Shown piece after piece: positions 1 through 9,036 of a stretch of 53,172 nt of DNA. Positions within the stretch are counted from its first letter, which is position 1. Every line of letters begins with the position of its first letter. This DNA is from Chloroflexota bacterium (GTDB taxonomy: Bacteria; Chloroflexota; Dehalococcoidia; SZUA-161). The stretch is from contig JAJYLC010000004.1 in NCBI GenBank assembly GCA_021787935.1, forward strand, positions 1 through 53,172. Direction: 5' to 3'. The notes under the pieces are model-generated. The model was not told where the DNA came from. It searched no databases and saw nothing but the letters and a program-made list of their open reading frames with translations. The position numbers and the translations under genes are program-made.

Positions 1-388
1 ATCTCTGAATACGCTGGGGACGTCCGAAATCGATGATGGCGTCCATAGCGGCGCGGATGCTCCTGCCAGTGAACAGCACATCGTCAACCAGAACGACATT
101 TTTGCCAGTGATGCCGGTGGGTATATCGGTAGGACGGATCACCGGCGGAGTCTCAAGGTAAGGGAGATCATCCCGGTGCAGTCCGATGTCGAGGGTGCCC
201 ACAGGGACGTCTACTCCCTCTGCTTTCTTTATCACCGCTGCGATACGTTGAGCCAGAGGCACGCCGCGAGTATATACACCTATTAACACCAGGTTGTTGC
301 TGCCGTCGTTGGTCTCCAGGACCTCGTGGGAGATGCGAACGAGCGCCCGGCGTATCTCGTCCTCTGTCATTATTACTTTTTCAGGCAT
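1..388 (-). CDS. pyrR: Bifunctional pyrimidine attenuation regulator/uracil phosphoribosyltransferase PyrR (3' end cut by window edge)
   Basis: Manual translation of the minus strand from ATG 388: [25 protein letters not shown]...[12 protein letters not shown]...LDIGLHRDD...[27 protein letters not shown]. PRTase motif plus an upstream PyrR-binding RNA. Not in the ORF track because it is truncated. Confidence 0.95.
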   Translation of the reverse strand, partial: MPEKVIMTEDEIRRALVRISHEVLETNDGSNNLVLIGVYTRGVPLAQRIAAVIKKAEGVDVPVGTLDIGLHRDDLPYLETPPVIRPTDIPTGITGKNVVLVDDVLFTGRSIRAAMDAIIDFGRPQRIQR

Positions 389-419
389 AAAAAAACCTCT
401 ACCTTTAAAAAGGTAGAGG
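389..419 (-). terminator. Intrinsic terminator of the pyrR attenuator
   Basis: Minus strand CCTCTACCTT-TTTA-AAGGTAGAGG followed by T7, directly abutting the pyrR ATG. Confidence 0.9.
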
Positions 420-469
420 GTCACACTCCTTATTAGATTTAGCCAGGTTGTAGGATAACATCACCCCAT

Positions 470-500
470 CCTTTCCAGTCTCTCTGGACTGAATTAAAGG
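470..500 (-). promoter_or_regulatory. PyrR-binding loop (anti-antiterminator RNA element)
   Basis: Minus strand CCUUUAAUUCAGUCCAGAGAGACUGGAAAGG contains the conserved UUUAA and AGUCCAGAGAG(G/A)CUG motifs of PyrR sites. Confidence 0.92.
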
Positions 501-515
501 TTCAACCTGTGGAAC

Positions 516-544
516 ATTATAACAGCTTATCATGTAGTTAACAA
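516..544 (-). promoter_or_regulatory. Putative sigma70 promoter of pyrR
   Basis: Minus strand TTGTTA-17 bp-TATAAT just upstream of the PyrR leader. Confidence 0.6.
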
Positions 545-565
545 GTGTCATGTAGTTAATAAGTG
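530..565. repeat. 18-bp tandem direct repeat
   Basis: TCATGTAGTTAACAAGTG / TCATGTAGTTAATAAGTG, 1 mismatch. Confidence 0.9.
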
Positions 566-978
566 GTTTTTCCTAGAGTGTCTGAAGTTAGGGATAGCAA
601 AAGCACGTTCCTGACCTCTCTCAACAAACAGCATGATTCGCCAAAAGAGCCGCCTGAAGCTGATTTTCTCTTATACGCATATTCACATTTCTCACCTTAG
701 ATTCAAAAAGAGTGCTAAGCAGGTGTTTACACGTGCTAAAAAATGGGTGTCTTTACTTGTACGAAAGCACGAGTTTTCTCAGATGTCAAAGCTGTCTATC
801 TAATATAAACTAATATTTGGATGCATAAAGGTCGAGGAACTACTGGCATTGACTGGAGAAAGGCGTAGTGCGCCTCCAGACTAGAATAAAGCCCGAAAAG
901 TTCAAGTAGGGCACAGCCAGGATTAAGACAGGCAAGCTAAATTCTAATATCGCTCATTGCGATGAAAAGGCTAGTTCG

Positions 979-2493
979 ATGAATGCAAAAATCACTGATT
1001 TTCAAGCTAAGATGGAGCTTACCCTCCCAGCCCCCAGGATCAGGACTCCGCAGAGAGAAGGACTGGCCAAACGGTTTTCTCCTAGCGACAGTAATCTTGA
1101 CCTGACCCGATTGGCCGTTGTAGGTCCTGCCCTGGCAAGAGCAGTTAAAAGTCGGAAGTTTCAGTTCCTAGTAATCCTGCCCAGCCAGATTCTTTTCTGG
1201 CTAGTAATTTTCACGGGGATCTTCGGCGTTATAGACCCCACGAAAAACTTTGCCACGGCAATCACTTGGTATATCTGGTTCGCCTTGATGTTCCCATTGA
1301 CTCTTGCTATCGGCCGGGCATGGTGTGTGACCTGTCCTTTCGGAGGTTTCGGCGAATGGATCCAGCGCAAGACCCTATGGGGCCGTAAACAGAAAACCCT
1401 GGGTTTGGGCTGGAAGATGCCCAAGCCGCTGGCTGAATACGGACTTCTGATAGGAGTGTTTATATTTTTGGGCCTTACCTGGGCCGAGGAGTTCTTTAAC
1501 ATCGCTGGCCCTGGAAATCCGATATTAACCAGCTATATGGTGCTTGGCATCGTCGGATTCGCGGCGGTCAGCTTCTTATTGTTTGAGCGTCGTACTTTCT
1601 GTCGATACCTATGCCCTCTCTCTTCTCTTATCGGCGTCTGCGGTACCACCAGCGTGATCGCTGGATTCAGACCGAAAGACCGGGGCAAATGCTTGAATTG
1701 CCAGACTAAAGATTGCATGCGGGGTGGCAAGGAAGGCTATGGATGCCCCTGGTACACATACCCCGCAACCGCTGATACCAATACCGAATGCGGACTATGT
1801 AGCGAATGCTATAAAGCTTGCCCCTATGACAATATAAGCTTGTACGCTCAGAAGCCTTTGACCTCGGTAGTAGCCCCGCGCAAAAAACCGATAATAGCCT
1901 GGATAGCTGTGATACTCTTGGGGCTGGTACTTTTCCAGCAATGGAATGCCCTTCCTTCATACGCCACAGTGGACAACTGGCTGAACAGCGCGATGCACTT
2001 CCCGAATTATCCCAATCCGATCGATTACATAGGTACCATTGCATTCGTGGCAGTGATTTTCGCTGGATTGGCTTTCCTGGTTTCACGAGCGATCTCCTTC
2101 AGAACCAAGATCGCCAGGTCATTTAATGCTTGGTTTGCACCTATGATGTACGCGTTTATCCCGCTTGTCGGAGCTGATTTCTTGGCAAGGGTAATGCCTA
2201 AATTCATTAACCATGCAGCCGCGGCGGTTGCTACAATCCCCAGCGCGTTCGGGCATCCAGTCGGATTCGGCGACTTCCAGATTCTCAACCTGAGTTGGCT
2301 GCTGCGTTTGCAGTACATACTGGTAGGTCTGGGTACCGTCGGCACAATATACGCCATCTCGAAGATAGCCAAGAAGGACCTGGACCAGCTAACCCAGCAT
2401 AAAACGCTGGCGCGCATAATACCCACCTTGATTGCGGTAGTGGTCGGAGGGGGAATGATTGCACTCTACTTCTTTATGAGCGGAGCCGAGTAA
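979..2493 (+). CDS. Polytopic membrane 4Fe-4S protein (NapH/MauN/NosR-like ferredoxin-type)
   Basis: Many hydrophobic helices, two CxxxCP motifs (GRAWCVTCP, RTFCRYLCP), CxxCxxxxC and CxxCxxCxxxCP cluster motifs. Confidence 0.75.
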   Translation: MNAKITDFQAKMELTLPAPRIRTPQREGLAKRFSPSDSNLDLTRLAVVGPALARAVKSRKFQFLVILPSQILFWLVIFTGIFGVIDPTKNFATAITWYIWFALMFPLTLAIGRAWCVTCPFGGFGEWIQRKTLWGRKQKTLGLGWKMPKPLAEYGLLIGVFIFLGLTWAEEFFNIAGPGNPILTSYMVLGIVGFAAVSFLLFERRTFCRYLCPLSSLIGVCGTTSVIAGFRPKDRGKCLNCQTKDCMRGGKEGYGCPWYTYPATADTNTECGLCSECYKACPYDNISLYAQKPLTSVVAPRKKPIIAWIAVILLGLVLFQQWNALPSYATVDNWLNSAMHFPNYPNPIDYIGTIAFVAVIFAGLAFLVSRAISFRTKIARSFNAWFAPMMYAFIPLVGADFLARVMPKFINHAAAAVATIPSAFGHPVGFGDFQILNLSWLLRLQYILVGLGTVGTIYAISKIAKKDLDQLTQHKTLARIIPTLIAVVVGGGMIALYFFMSGAE

Positions 2494-2506
2494 AGGAGAG
2501 GATTAA

Positions 2507-4174
2507 ATGAACACAACAAGACTGACTGCAGAAAAAGCCACTGCGCTAAAACCTGAAGTTAAAATTATCGAGGAGAGATGTGCCGGGTGTCAGGAATGCA
2601 TCATCCGCTGCCCTACCCAGGCTTTATCTATGGACATTATCAGATGGAAAGCAACAGCCGATAATGACCTCTGCGTGGGATGCAGGCAGTGCGAGCGTAC
2701 CTGTCCTTTTTCGGCTATCAGCGTCATCGGGCCCAGGCTTGTAGCAGAACGGACACCAACCGTGTTCAATAACGGCTCGGAAGTCATAGGCAAGAACAAC
2801 GAAGTAAGGGCAGGGTTTGCTAACCTTGAAGAAGCCATCAAAGAAGCCAAGCGATGTCTGAACTGTCCGGATCCTACCTGCTTTCGCGGGTGCCCGGCTC
2901 ATAATGATATACCTCGGTTTATCGAGGCCATAAGGAACAGAGATTTAGAGTTAGCATCGGAGATAATATCAAAAACCAGTTGCCTTCCCGGTATATGTTC
3001 AAGGGTGTGCAACTGGCCGGCACAGTGCGAGGGTTCCTGTAACTGGGCGCTTGCCGGAGGAGAGCCGGTCGCGATAGGAAAACTCGAAAGATTTGTCACT
3101 GACAACGCAAAACCTATGCCTGTTCGCCAGACATCGGAGAAGGGTAAAGGACTTTCTGTGGTCATAGTAGGCTCAGGACCGGCCGGCATCGCCGCCGCCT
3201 GGGAATTAGCTTCAGCAGGAGCTACGGTCGCCATCTATGAGAAGGACCAGGTCCCGGGCGGAGTTTTGCATTGGGGAATACCTTCATACATACTCCCCGA
3301 TGAGGTATCCGAGCGGCCTATAAAAGCCTTACAGGATGCAGGGGTCAAGATATATACTAATAATCCCGTGTCCCCGGAAGTAATGGAGCGATTACTCAAG
3401 ACACATGACGCAGTAATAGCGGCACAGGGCGCTCCGGTAGCGGAACGCCCCAATATTCCCGGCCTAGATTTAGCGGGTGTAATCAACGCCACTGCTTTCC
3501 TCAGCAAAGCCAAACAGGCCCTTGCGAGTGGCACTCCAATCCCTGAGTTTCGGGGGGCTCAAATCTTGGTTTTAGGTGGGAGCGATACGGCCATAGACGT
3601 GGCGCGAAGCATAGCCCGCCTGGGAGGAAAGGCTGTGATTATCCATCGAAGGGAAGAACAGTTTTCCCGGGCCCGGGAGGATGAGATAGCTGAAGCTAAA
3701 CATGAAGGTGTGGAATTCCGTTTCGCGACTAATATCGCGAGGCTGGAAGGCGATAATGGCAAGCTGAGGCGAGCAGTATTAGTGCGCACGCATCAAAAGA
3801 GGGCCGATTCAGTGGCTGAAGCAGTGAAGGGAACCGAGCAAACCATTGAGGTTAACATGGTTGTGTTAGCCACCGGATACAAGCTCGATTCTCACTTCTC
3901 TACAATTTTCGGACCGTTGCCGCTCAGGCAGCCTCTATCAGACCGCCTTCTACCCGATAGGCGTTGGCAGGCCTCCGGCATCCTGACCAGGAATAACCCC
4001 ATCGGAAAACTTGCCTGGGAAAGGGAATACGGATTGCGGTCTTCAGCCCTGCCCCGGTTCGGTAAACTATGGTTGGTTGGCGATGCTTTAATAGGGCCGT
4101 CTACTGTGGTCGGTTCTATGGCCCAGGGAAAATTAGCTGCCCGAGCGATACTGGAAGGGCGAACCTCTTCCTAG
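2507..4174 (+). CDS. GltD/NfnB-like FAD/NAD(P)H oxidoreductase with an extra N-terminal 2x[4Fe-4S] ferredoxin domain
   Basis: Two N-terminal CxxCxxCxxxCP motifs, then RCLNCPDPTCFRGCP and CSRVCxxxxxCEGSC, GSGPAG, GGSDTAID, C-terminal GD..GPSTVV. Confidence 0.85.
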   Translation: MNTTRLTAEKATALKPEVKIIEERCAGCQECIIRCPTQALSMDIIRWKATADNDLCVGCRQCERTCPFSAISVIGPRLVAERTPTVFNNGSEVIGKNNEVRAGFANLEEAIKEAKRCLNCPDPTCFRGCPAHNDIPRFIEAIRNRDLELASEIISKTSCLPGICSRVCNWPAQCEGSCNWALAGGEPVAIGKLERFVTDNAKPMPVRQTSEKGKGLSVVIVGSGPAGIAAAWELASAGATVAIYEKDQVPGGVLHWGIPSYILPDEVSERPIKALQDAGVKIYTNNPVSPEVMERLLKTHDAVIAAQGAPVAERPNIPGLDLAGVINATAFLSKAKQALASGTPIPEFRGAQILVLGGSDTAIDVARSIARLGGKAVIIHRREEQFSRAREDEIAEAKHEGVEFRFATNIARLEGDNGKLRRAVLVRTHQKRADSVAEAVKGTEQTIEVNMVVLATGYKLDSHFSTIFGPLPLRQPLSDRLLPDRRWQASGILTRNNPIGKLAWEREYGLRSSALPRFGKLWLVGDALIGPSTVVGSMAQGKLAARAILEGRTSS

Positions 4175-4213
4175 TAGCTCTCAGCTTTAAGGGGAGAGGT
4201 CGAATTCTTAAAT

Positions 4214-5776
4214 CTACGAGCTTTTCAGCTTCTTAATCGCCCTGGGTAAAACCGGAAGCAAATCGCTGGCAACCATACCTGCGTCACCCAATTCTTCCCG
4301 CACCATCCCGCCTGCTGAGCTGTGCAGGTAAGCACCGCAGCAGGCTGCATCGAACGGGGGAAGGCCCTGAGCTAGCATGCCTGCAATAGCCCCGGAAAGC
4401 ACATCACCGGTGCCCGCCGAGGCCAGACCGGGATTCGCCGATGGGTCGAGCTTCGCTCTGCCATCTGGTGCTGCGATAACGGTGTACGCCCCTTTGAGCA
4501 CCACTACCTTTTGCCACTCAACAGCCATCCTTTGGGCCACTTTAAGACGGTTTCCTTGTATCTCAGTAACAGAAATCCCGGTTAACCTGGCCATCTCGCC
4601 GGGATGCGGAGTTAGCACTGCAGGGTATTTCATCTTCTGCCACCACTTATCGGTCTTGGCCAGGGCATTCAGTGCATCCGCATCCAGAACAACTCCTTGG
4701 GGCATAATAGGAGCAAGGGAGAATAATGATTTTCTGACAAACTCCAGGGTTGAAGGATGCTGCCCCAGGCCACAGCCCATAAGGAGCACGTCATATTCCC
4801 GTAGCTGCTCCACAAAAAAAGGCGCTGCCTCGGCACCGATAATATTCGGCTCAGCTTCCGGCAGCGGCGTATAAGTTACCTCGGTCAGCTTCGCCGCCAG
4901 CACTGGCTGAAGGCTGCGGGCTGTTGCCAGAGTCACCAGCCCGGCTCCGACTCTGGTAGCTGCAGCGCAGGCAAGATAGGCAGCCCCGATATAATTTATC
5001 GAGCCAGCAGCTATTATGACCTTGCCAAAGCTGCCTTTATTGGCATTCAGAGGCCTTTTAGGGAGCACAGACTTCACCCACTCCGGGGTGATAAGTGCCG
5101 TATTAATATCGTCGGCAAGCTTCGGTTTTATGCCTATAGGGGCCACAATGACTCTGCCAACCCTCTCCGCGCCGGGGAAATTGAACAGCCCCACCTTGGG
5201 ATAAGCCAGAGTGATAGTTACATCGGCGAAAAGGCACGCTTCATCCACCGCACCTGTATCGGCGTCCAGGCCCGAAGGGAGGTCAACTGAGACTATTGTG
5301 AGATTGGGGCAGCCCTCCCTGAACCTTCTCACCCGCTCCAGTACCTCCTTGATAGTTCCCTGGAGAGGGCGGAGTTTGCCAGTGCCAAACAGAGCGTCAA
5401 CTACTATCTCAGATGAAGAAAGCGCGTCGCCCAGGAAAACAAATTCCTTGTCAGACTCGGCATCCGTATAGGAAAGACCCCGTTCCTGCAGGAGCTTGAA
5501 GTTCTTATCCCCCTCCGCGCGGCGTTTATAAAAATACAGACTCACCTCAGCATCCCAGTCATAGAGATGGCGTGCTGCGACTAATCCATCTCCGCCGTTG
5601 TTGCCCGGCCCTACTAGAATCAAGATGGGACATCCGGCGACACTGCCCCCTCGCAGGTTTCTTATCTCCTCGGCAACAGCTAGGCCAGCGTTCTCCATAA
5701 GCATATCCATGGTGACGCCTGCCTCAACGGACCTCTGCTCCAAGGTGCGCATCTGCTCGCTGGTGACTAGCTTCAA
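4214..5776 (-). CDS. nnr: Bifunctional NAD(P)H-hydrate epimerase/dehydratase
   Basis: LMENAG, GPGNNGGDG, DALFGTG, DLPSG, NKGSFG, TPHPGE and AGTGDVLSG motifs of YjeF_N and YjeF_C. Confidence 0.95.
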   Translation of the reverse strand: MKLVTSEQMRTLEQRSVEAGVTMDMLMENAGLAVAEEIRNLRGGSVAGCPILILVGPGNNGGDGLVAARHLYDWDAEVSLYFYKRRAEGDKNFKLLQERGLSYTDAESDKEFVFLGDALSSSEIVVDALFGTGKLRPLQGTIKEVLERVRRFREGCPNLTIVSVDLPSGLDADTGAVDEACLFADVTITLAYPKVGLFNFPGAERVGRVIVAPIGIKPKLADDINTALITPEWVKSVLPKRPLNANKGSFGKVIIAAGSINYIGAAYLACAAATRVGAGLVTLATARSLQPVLAAKLTEVTYTPLPEAEPNIIGAEAAPFFVEQLREYDVLLMGCGLGQHPSTLEFVRKSLFSLAPIMPQGVVLDADALNALAKTDKWWQKMKYPAVLTPHPGEMARLTGISVTEIQGNRLKVAQRMAVEWQKVVVLKGAYTVIAAPDGRAKLDPSANPGLASAGTGDVLSGAIAGMLAQGLPPFDAACCGAYLHSSAGGMVREELGDAGMVASDLLPVLPRAIKKLKSS

Positions 5777-6144
5777 GGTGATCCTCCTATCACAGAGGCG
5801 ACAGCATAATCCCGGGAATGGGAAAGGCTAATAGCGATCTCAGCTATGCCCAGCTTTCTGGCGCGGGCGAGTGCTCTGCCATGCAGGTAGACCAGGGGTG
5901 CATTGCGTTTATTGCTCAGGATTTCTATATCTCGCCAGGAGACACCCCTCCTGCCCGTACCCAGTGCCTTCATCACAGCTTCTTTACCGGCAAAGCGAAC
6001 TGCCAGTTCCGGCGCTCGATTAAAGCATACCTCAAGTTCCGCTGCGGTATATATCCGGTCAAGGAACCTTTGCCCCCAACGGTCAATAGCACGCTCAATG
6101 CGCTCTATCTCAATTATATCCACGCCGAGATGATGCATCGCCAC
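5773..6144 (-). CDS. acpS: Holo-[acyl-carrier-protein] synthase
   Basis: GVDIIEIERI, RFAGKEAVMKALGTG, ISLSHS; stop overlaps the nnr start. Confidence 0.95.
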   Translation of the reverse strand: MAMHHLGVDIIEIERIERAIDRWGQRFLDRIYTAAELEVCFNRAPELAVRFAGKEAVMKALGTGRRGVSWRDIEILSNKRNAPLVYLHGRALARARKLGIAEIAISLSHSRDYAVASVIGGSP

Positions 6145-6239
6145 AAATCCACAAAGGGCTCAGCCCCTTGTTCAATTTTAGTGCCTAAAAGTATATCACA
6201 ACAAAGGCAGGCGGACTATAGTAAACCCTTACCCAAAGG

Positions 6240-6269
6240 TTGACTTCGGTATGGATTATTTGGTAGACT
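6240..6269 (+). promoter_or_regulatory. Putative promoter of the CoA-transferase/ACAD operon
   Basis: TTGACT-18 bp-TAGACT with an extended -10 TG. Confidence 0.5.
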
Positions 6270-6357
6270 GAGCGAGGCACGGAAAGGGAAACCTCTTATC
6301 ACCAAACAACCACAAACCACAAATTCGTACAACTAAATATTCTTAAGAGGGTAGAGT

Positions 6358-7617
6358 ATGCCTGAGAAGAAGAAAGTAGAAGGACTCGTCCTGAAGACTC
6401 GTCCTGAAGGATTCCTACCTAAGTATCGAGTGCTGGATCTGGCTGACGAGAAGGGCGCCTACTGCGGCAAACTGCTCGGAGACCTCGGAGCCGAAGTGAT
6501 AAAGGTTGAGCCCCCCACAGGGGACAAAACAAGGTTCCGAGGTCCTTTTTTTAAGAACGAGGTCCACCCTGAGAAGAGCCTGTTCTTCCTCTACTTCAAC
6601 ACCAGCAAGGGTTCGATAACTCTGAACCTCGAGGACAGCGCCGGGCAGGATATATTCAAGCGGCTTCTGGTAAAAGCAGATGTAGTGGTGGAGAGCTTCC
6701 CGGTGGGTTATCTTGCCAAGCTGGGGCTTAATTACCCCAAACTCAAGAAGGTAAACCCCAAACTGGTGATGGCCTCGATAACCCCTTATGGGCAGAAAGG
6801 CCCGCTCTGCGGCTACAAAGCGCAGGACATCAACGTCATGGCCATGAGCGGCTATATGCAGCTTGTAGGCGAGCCCGACCAGACCCCGCTGGTGCTCGGC
6901 GGCGAGCAGTCGTTCTACCCCGGAGCACAGTTCGCCACAGCCGGCACAATAGCAGCCCTATTCTATCGTGATTCTGTGTCAGGGAAGGGCCAGTACGTGG
7001 ATGTGCCCATGCAGGAAGCTATGATCTCTTACTGGCAGGAGCAGACGCCGGTCCCCATGTGGCAGAAGACAAAGGAGAACAACACGCGTGTGGGCGTGAT
7101 GGACGCCATGGTCACACCCTGCGGCCTCTATCCCTGCAAAGACGGCTGGATTTCACTGTGCGTAGTGACCCCGCCGGAGTGGGACACGCTGGCGCAGTGG
7201 ATATTCGAGGTAACCAAAAACGAAGAAGTCCTTAAAAATGAGTATAAAGGCGGACTCCTCGACCGCATGCCTGTGCGCGATATGGTGAACGCGCTGGTGA
7301 TAAACTTCACGGAGCAGCTCACCGGGCGTGAGATCTTTTTGGAGGGACAAAAGCGGAAGCTGGTAGTAATGCCTGTAAACGATGTCCCCTCCCTTCTTAG
7401 CGATACTCAGCTTAACTCGCGTAACTTCTGGGTGGAGCTGGACCACCCTGTCGTGGGCAAGCTGAAATACCCCAGGGGCCCGTTATACAGTGATGCCATT
7501 CCCGCACCGTCAAAAGCGGCTCCGCTGCTGGGCGAGGACAACGAGAGAATATACTGCAAAGAGCTGGGCTTTACCAAGGAAGACCTGGCAGTGCTGCGCG
7601 CCTCAGGTGTAATCTAG
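6358..7617 (+). CDS. Family III (CaiB/BaiF) CoA-transferase, probable non-catalytic BbsE-like subunit
   Basis: RVLDL...GAYCGKLLGDLGAEVIKVEPP, NTSKGSITLNL, C-terminal APLLGEDNE; no Asp at the usual active-site position (GGEQSFY). Confidence 0.85.
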   Translation: MPEKKKVEGLVLKTRPEGFLPKYRVLDLADEKGAYCGKLLGDLGAEVIKVEPPTGDKTRFRGPFFKNEVHPEKSLFFLYFNTSKGSITLNLEDSAGQDIFKRLLVKADVVVESFPVGYLAKLGLNYPKLKKVNPKLVMASITPYGQKGPLCGYKAQDINVMAMSGYMQLVGEPDQTPLVLGGEQSFYPGAQFATAGTIAALFYRDSVSGKGQYVDVPMQEAMISYWQEQTPVPMWQKTKENNTRVGVMDAMVTPCGLYPCKDGWISLCVVTPPEWDTLAQWIFEVTKNEEVLKNEYKGGLLDRMPVRDMVNALVINFTEQLTGREIFLEGQKRKLVVMPVNDVPSLLSDTQLNSRNFWVELDHPVVGKLKYPRGPLYSDAIPAPSKAAPLLGEDNERIYCKELGFTKEDLAVLRASGVI

Positions 7618-7655
7618 AGCATCGAGCGATTGCGAAAGAAAGGAAGGATGAAGCT

Positions 7656-8879
7656 ATGGCCAAGAAAGCTCTGGAAGGCATCAGGGTCATAGAGTTCGGA
7701 CTTTACCTGGCATTGCCCCTGGCTACGCGCCTGATGGCGGCCATGGGGGCGGAGGTCATCAAGGTCGAAACCCTTACCTCTCTGGATATGTCCTGGTTCG
7801 GCCCCATCTACGCTCCGGGTTCGCTGCAACTGGAGTACCGGCCCCTCAAACGCAATGTCACCCTGGATGTGCGCCAGCCCAGAGGCAGAGCGGTCATGGA
7901 GGAGCTGATCAAAAAAAGCGACGTATACATGACGAACCTGGGTGAGGGTTTTTTAACCAAGTTTGGCCTGGATTTCAAACACGTTCAATCGCTGAAGAAA
8001 GACCTCATTGTGTTGTGGCAGACCGGACTGGGCAGCGTAGGCCCCTACGGCGGCTTCAAAGCCTACGGCAGGCTGATGCAGCATGCCTGCGCTGTCTCCA
8101 CGCTGACCGGCTCGCCCGACACACTGGGCGTAGCCAACATCTCGTATTCGGACTATCACACTTCGATATTCAATGCTATGGCAATTATAGGAGCGCTAGA
8201 GAGGCGCCGCCGCACCGGTAAAGGCTGCTTCATAGAGTGTCCCATATATGAATCCGGCGTGGTCACAGTAGGTCCGGCTTTTCTGGATTACCAGGCAAAC
8301 AAAGTGGTGCCGGAGCGCAGGGAGAACAGGCACCGTTTCTTCGCCCCGCACGGCGCTTATCCCTGCAAGGGAACAGACAGATGGTGCACTGTAGCCGTGA
8401 CCAATGAAGCGGAGTGGAAAGCTTTCTGCAAAGTAATTGGCAGCCCTGCCTGGACAAAGTCGCCGAAGTTCGCCACCGCTGCCGACAGGGTCAAGAATGC
8501 TAAGGAGTTGGACGGTTTGATTGAAGGGTGGACACTGGGGTACGATGCTTATGAGGTGATGGAAAAGATGCAGAAGGCAGGGGTGCCTTCCGGTATAGTG
8601 GCTAAAGGAGAAGACCTGGATAAGAGCGAGCATCTCAAGCGCCATGGGTTCTACTATGAGACCGAATTCTACACTGCCGACTTTGAAAAGCCAGGGGTGG
8701 AGTGGCCGGTGGCCGGGATGACGGTCACCTGGAAGGAGCCTGTGTACATGTCCGATACCCCCTGCATGTTCGGACCCATGCACAAGGTGGGGCAGGACAA
8801 TGACTACGTTTACGGCAAGCTCTTGGGCATGTCAAAGGCGGAGATAAAGAAACTAACCGAAGAAGGCGTGTTCAAATAA
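7656..8879 (+). CDS. Family III CoA-transferase, probable catalytic BbsF-like subunit
   Basis: LEGIRVIEF, GAEVIKVE, KRNVTLD, SYSDY (active-site Asp), PHGAYPC. Confidence 0.85.
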   Translation: MAKKALEGIRVIEFGLYLALPLATRLMAAMGAEVIKVETLTSLDMSWFGPIYAPGSLQLEYRPLKRNVTLDVRQPRGRAVMEELIKKSDVYMTNLGEGFLTKFGLDFKHVQSLKKDLIVLWQTGLGSVGPYGGFKAYGRLMQHACAVSTLTGSPDTLGVANISYSDYHTSIFNAMAIIGALERRRRTGKGCFIECPIYESGVVTVGPAFLDYQANKVVPERRENRHRFFAPHGAYPCKGTDRWCTVAVTNEAEWKAFCKVIGSPAWTKSPKFATAADRVKNAKELDGLIEGWTLGYDAYEVMEKMQKAGVPSGIVAKGEDLDKSEHLKRHGFYYETEFYTADFEKPGVEWPVAGMTVTWKEPVYMSDTPCMFGPMHKVGQDNDYVYGKLLGMSKAEIKKLTEEGVFK

Positions 8880-8907
8880 TCAGAATACCGTTTCTCCAAC
8901 CCGTCTA

Positions 8908-8981
8908 CCCTCTGGCTGGCTCAGGGCGAACAGATTGGTAGCCTCTCACCGTTCGTGGTGAGCTTGTCAGACCATGAACGG
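8908..8981. repeat. REP-like palindromic pair (CCGTTCGTGGTGAGC..ACCATGAACGG / GCTCAGGGCGAAC family)
   Basis: Near-identical units recur at 17227-17302 in swapped order. Confidence 0.8.
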
Positions 8982-9036
8982 TTATGTAATGGAAATAACA
9001 ACACAGTATTATCAAGATTAAAGAGGAGGGAATCTG

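Noticed and set aside
697-718. Possible CIRCE (HrcA) operator, GAGTGCTAA half-site
   Set aside because: Left half is degenerate (TTAGATTC), the spacer is 5 rather than 9 bp, and no heat-shock gene is adjacent.
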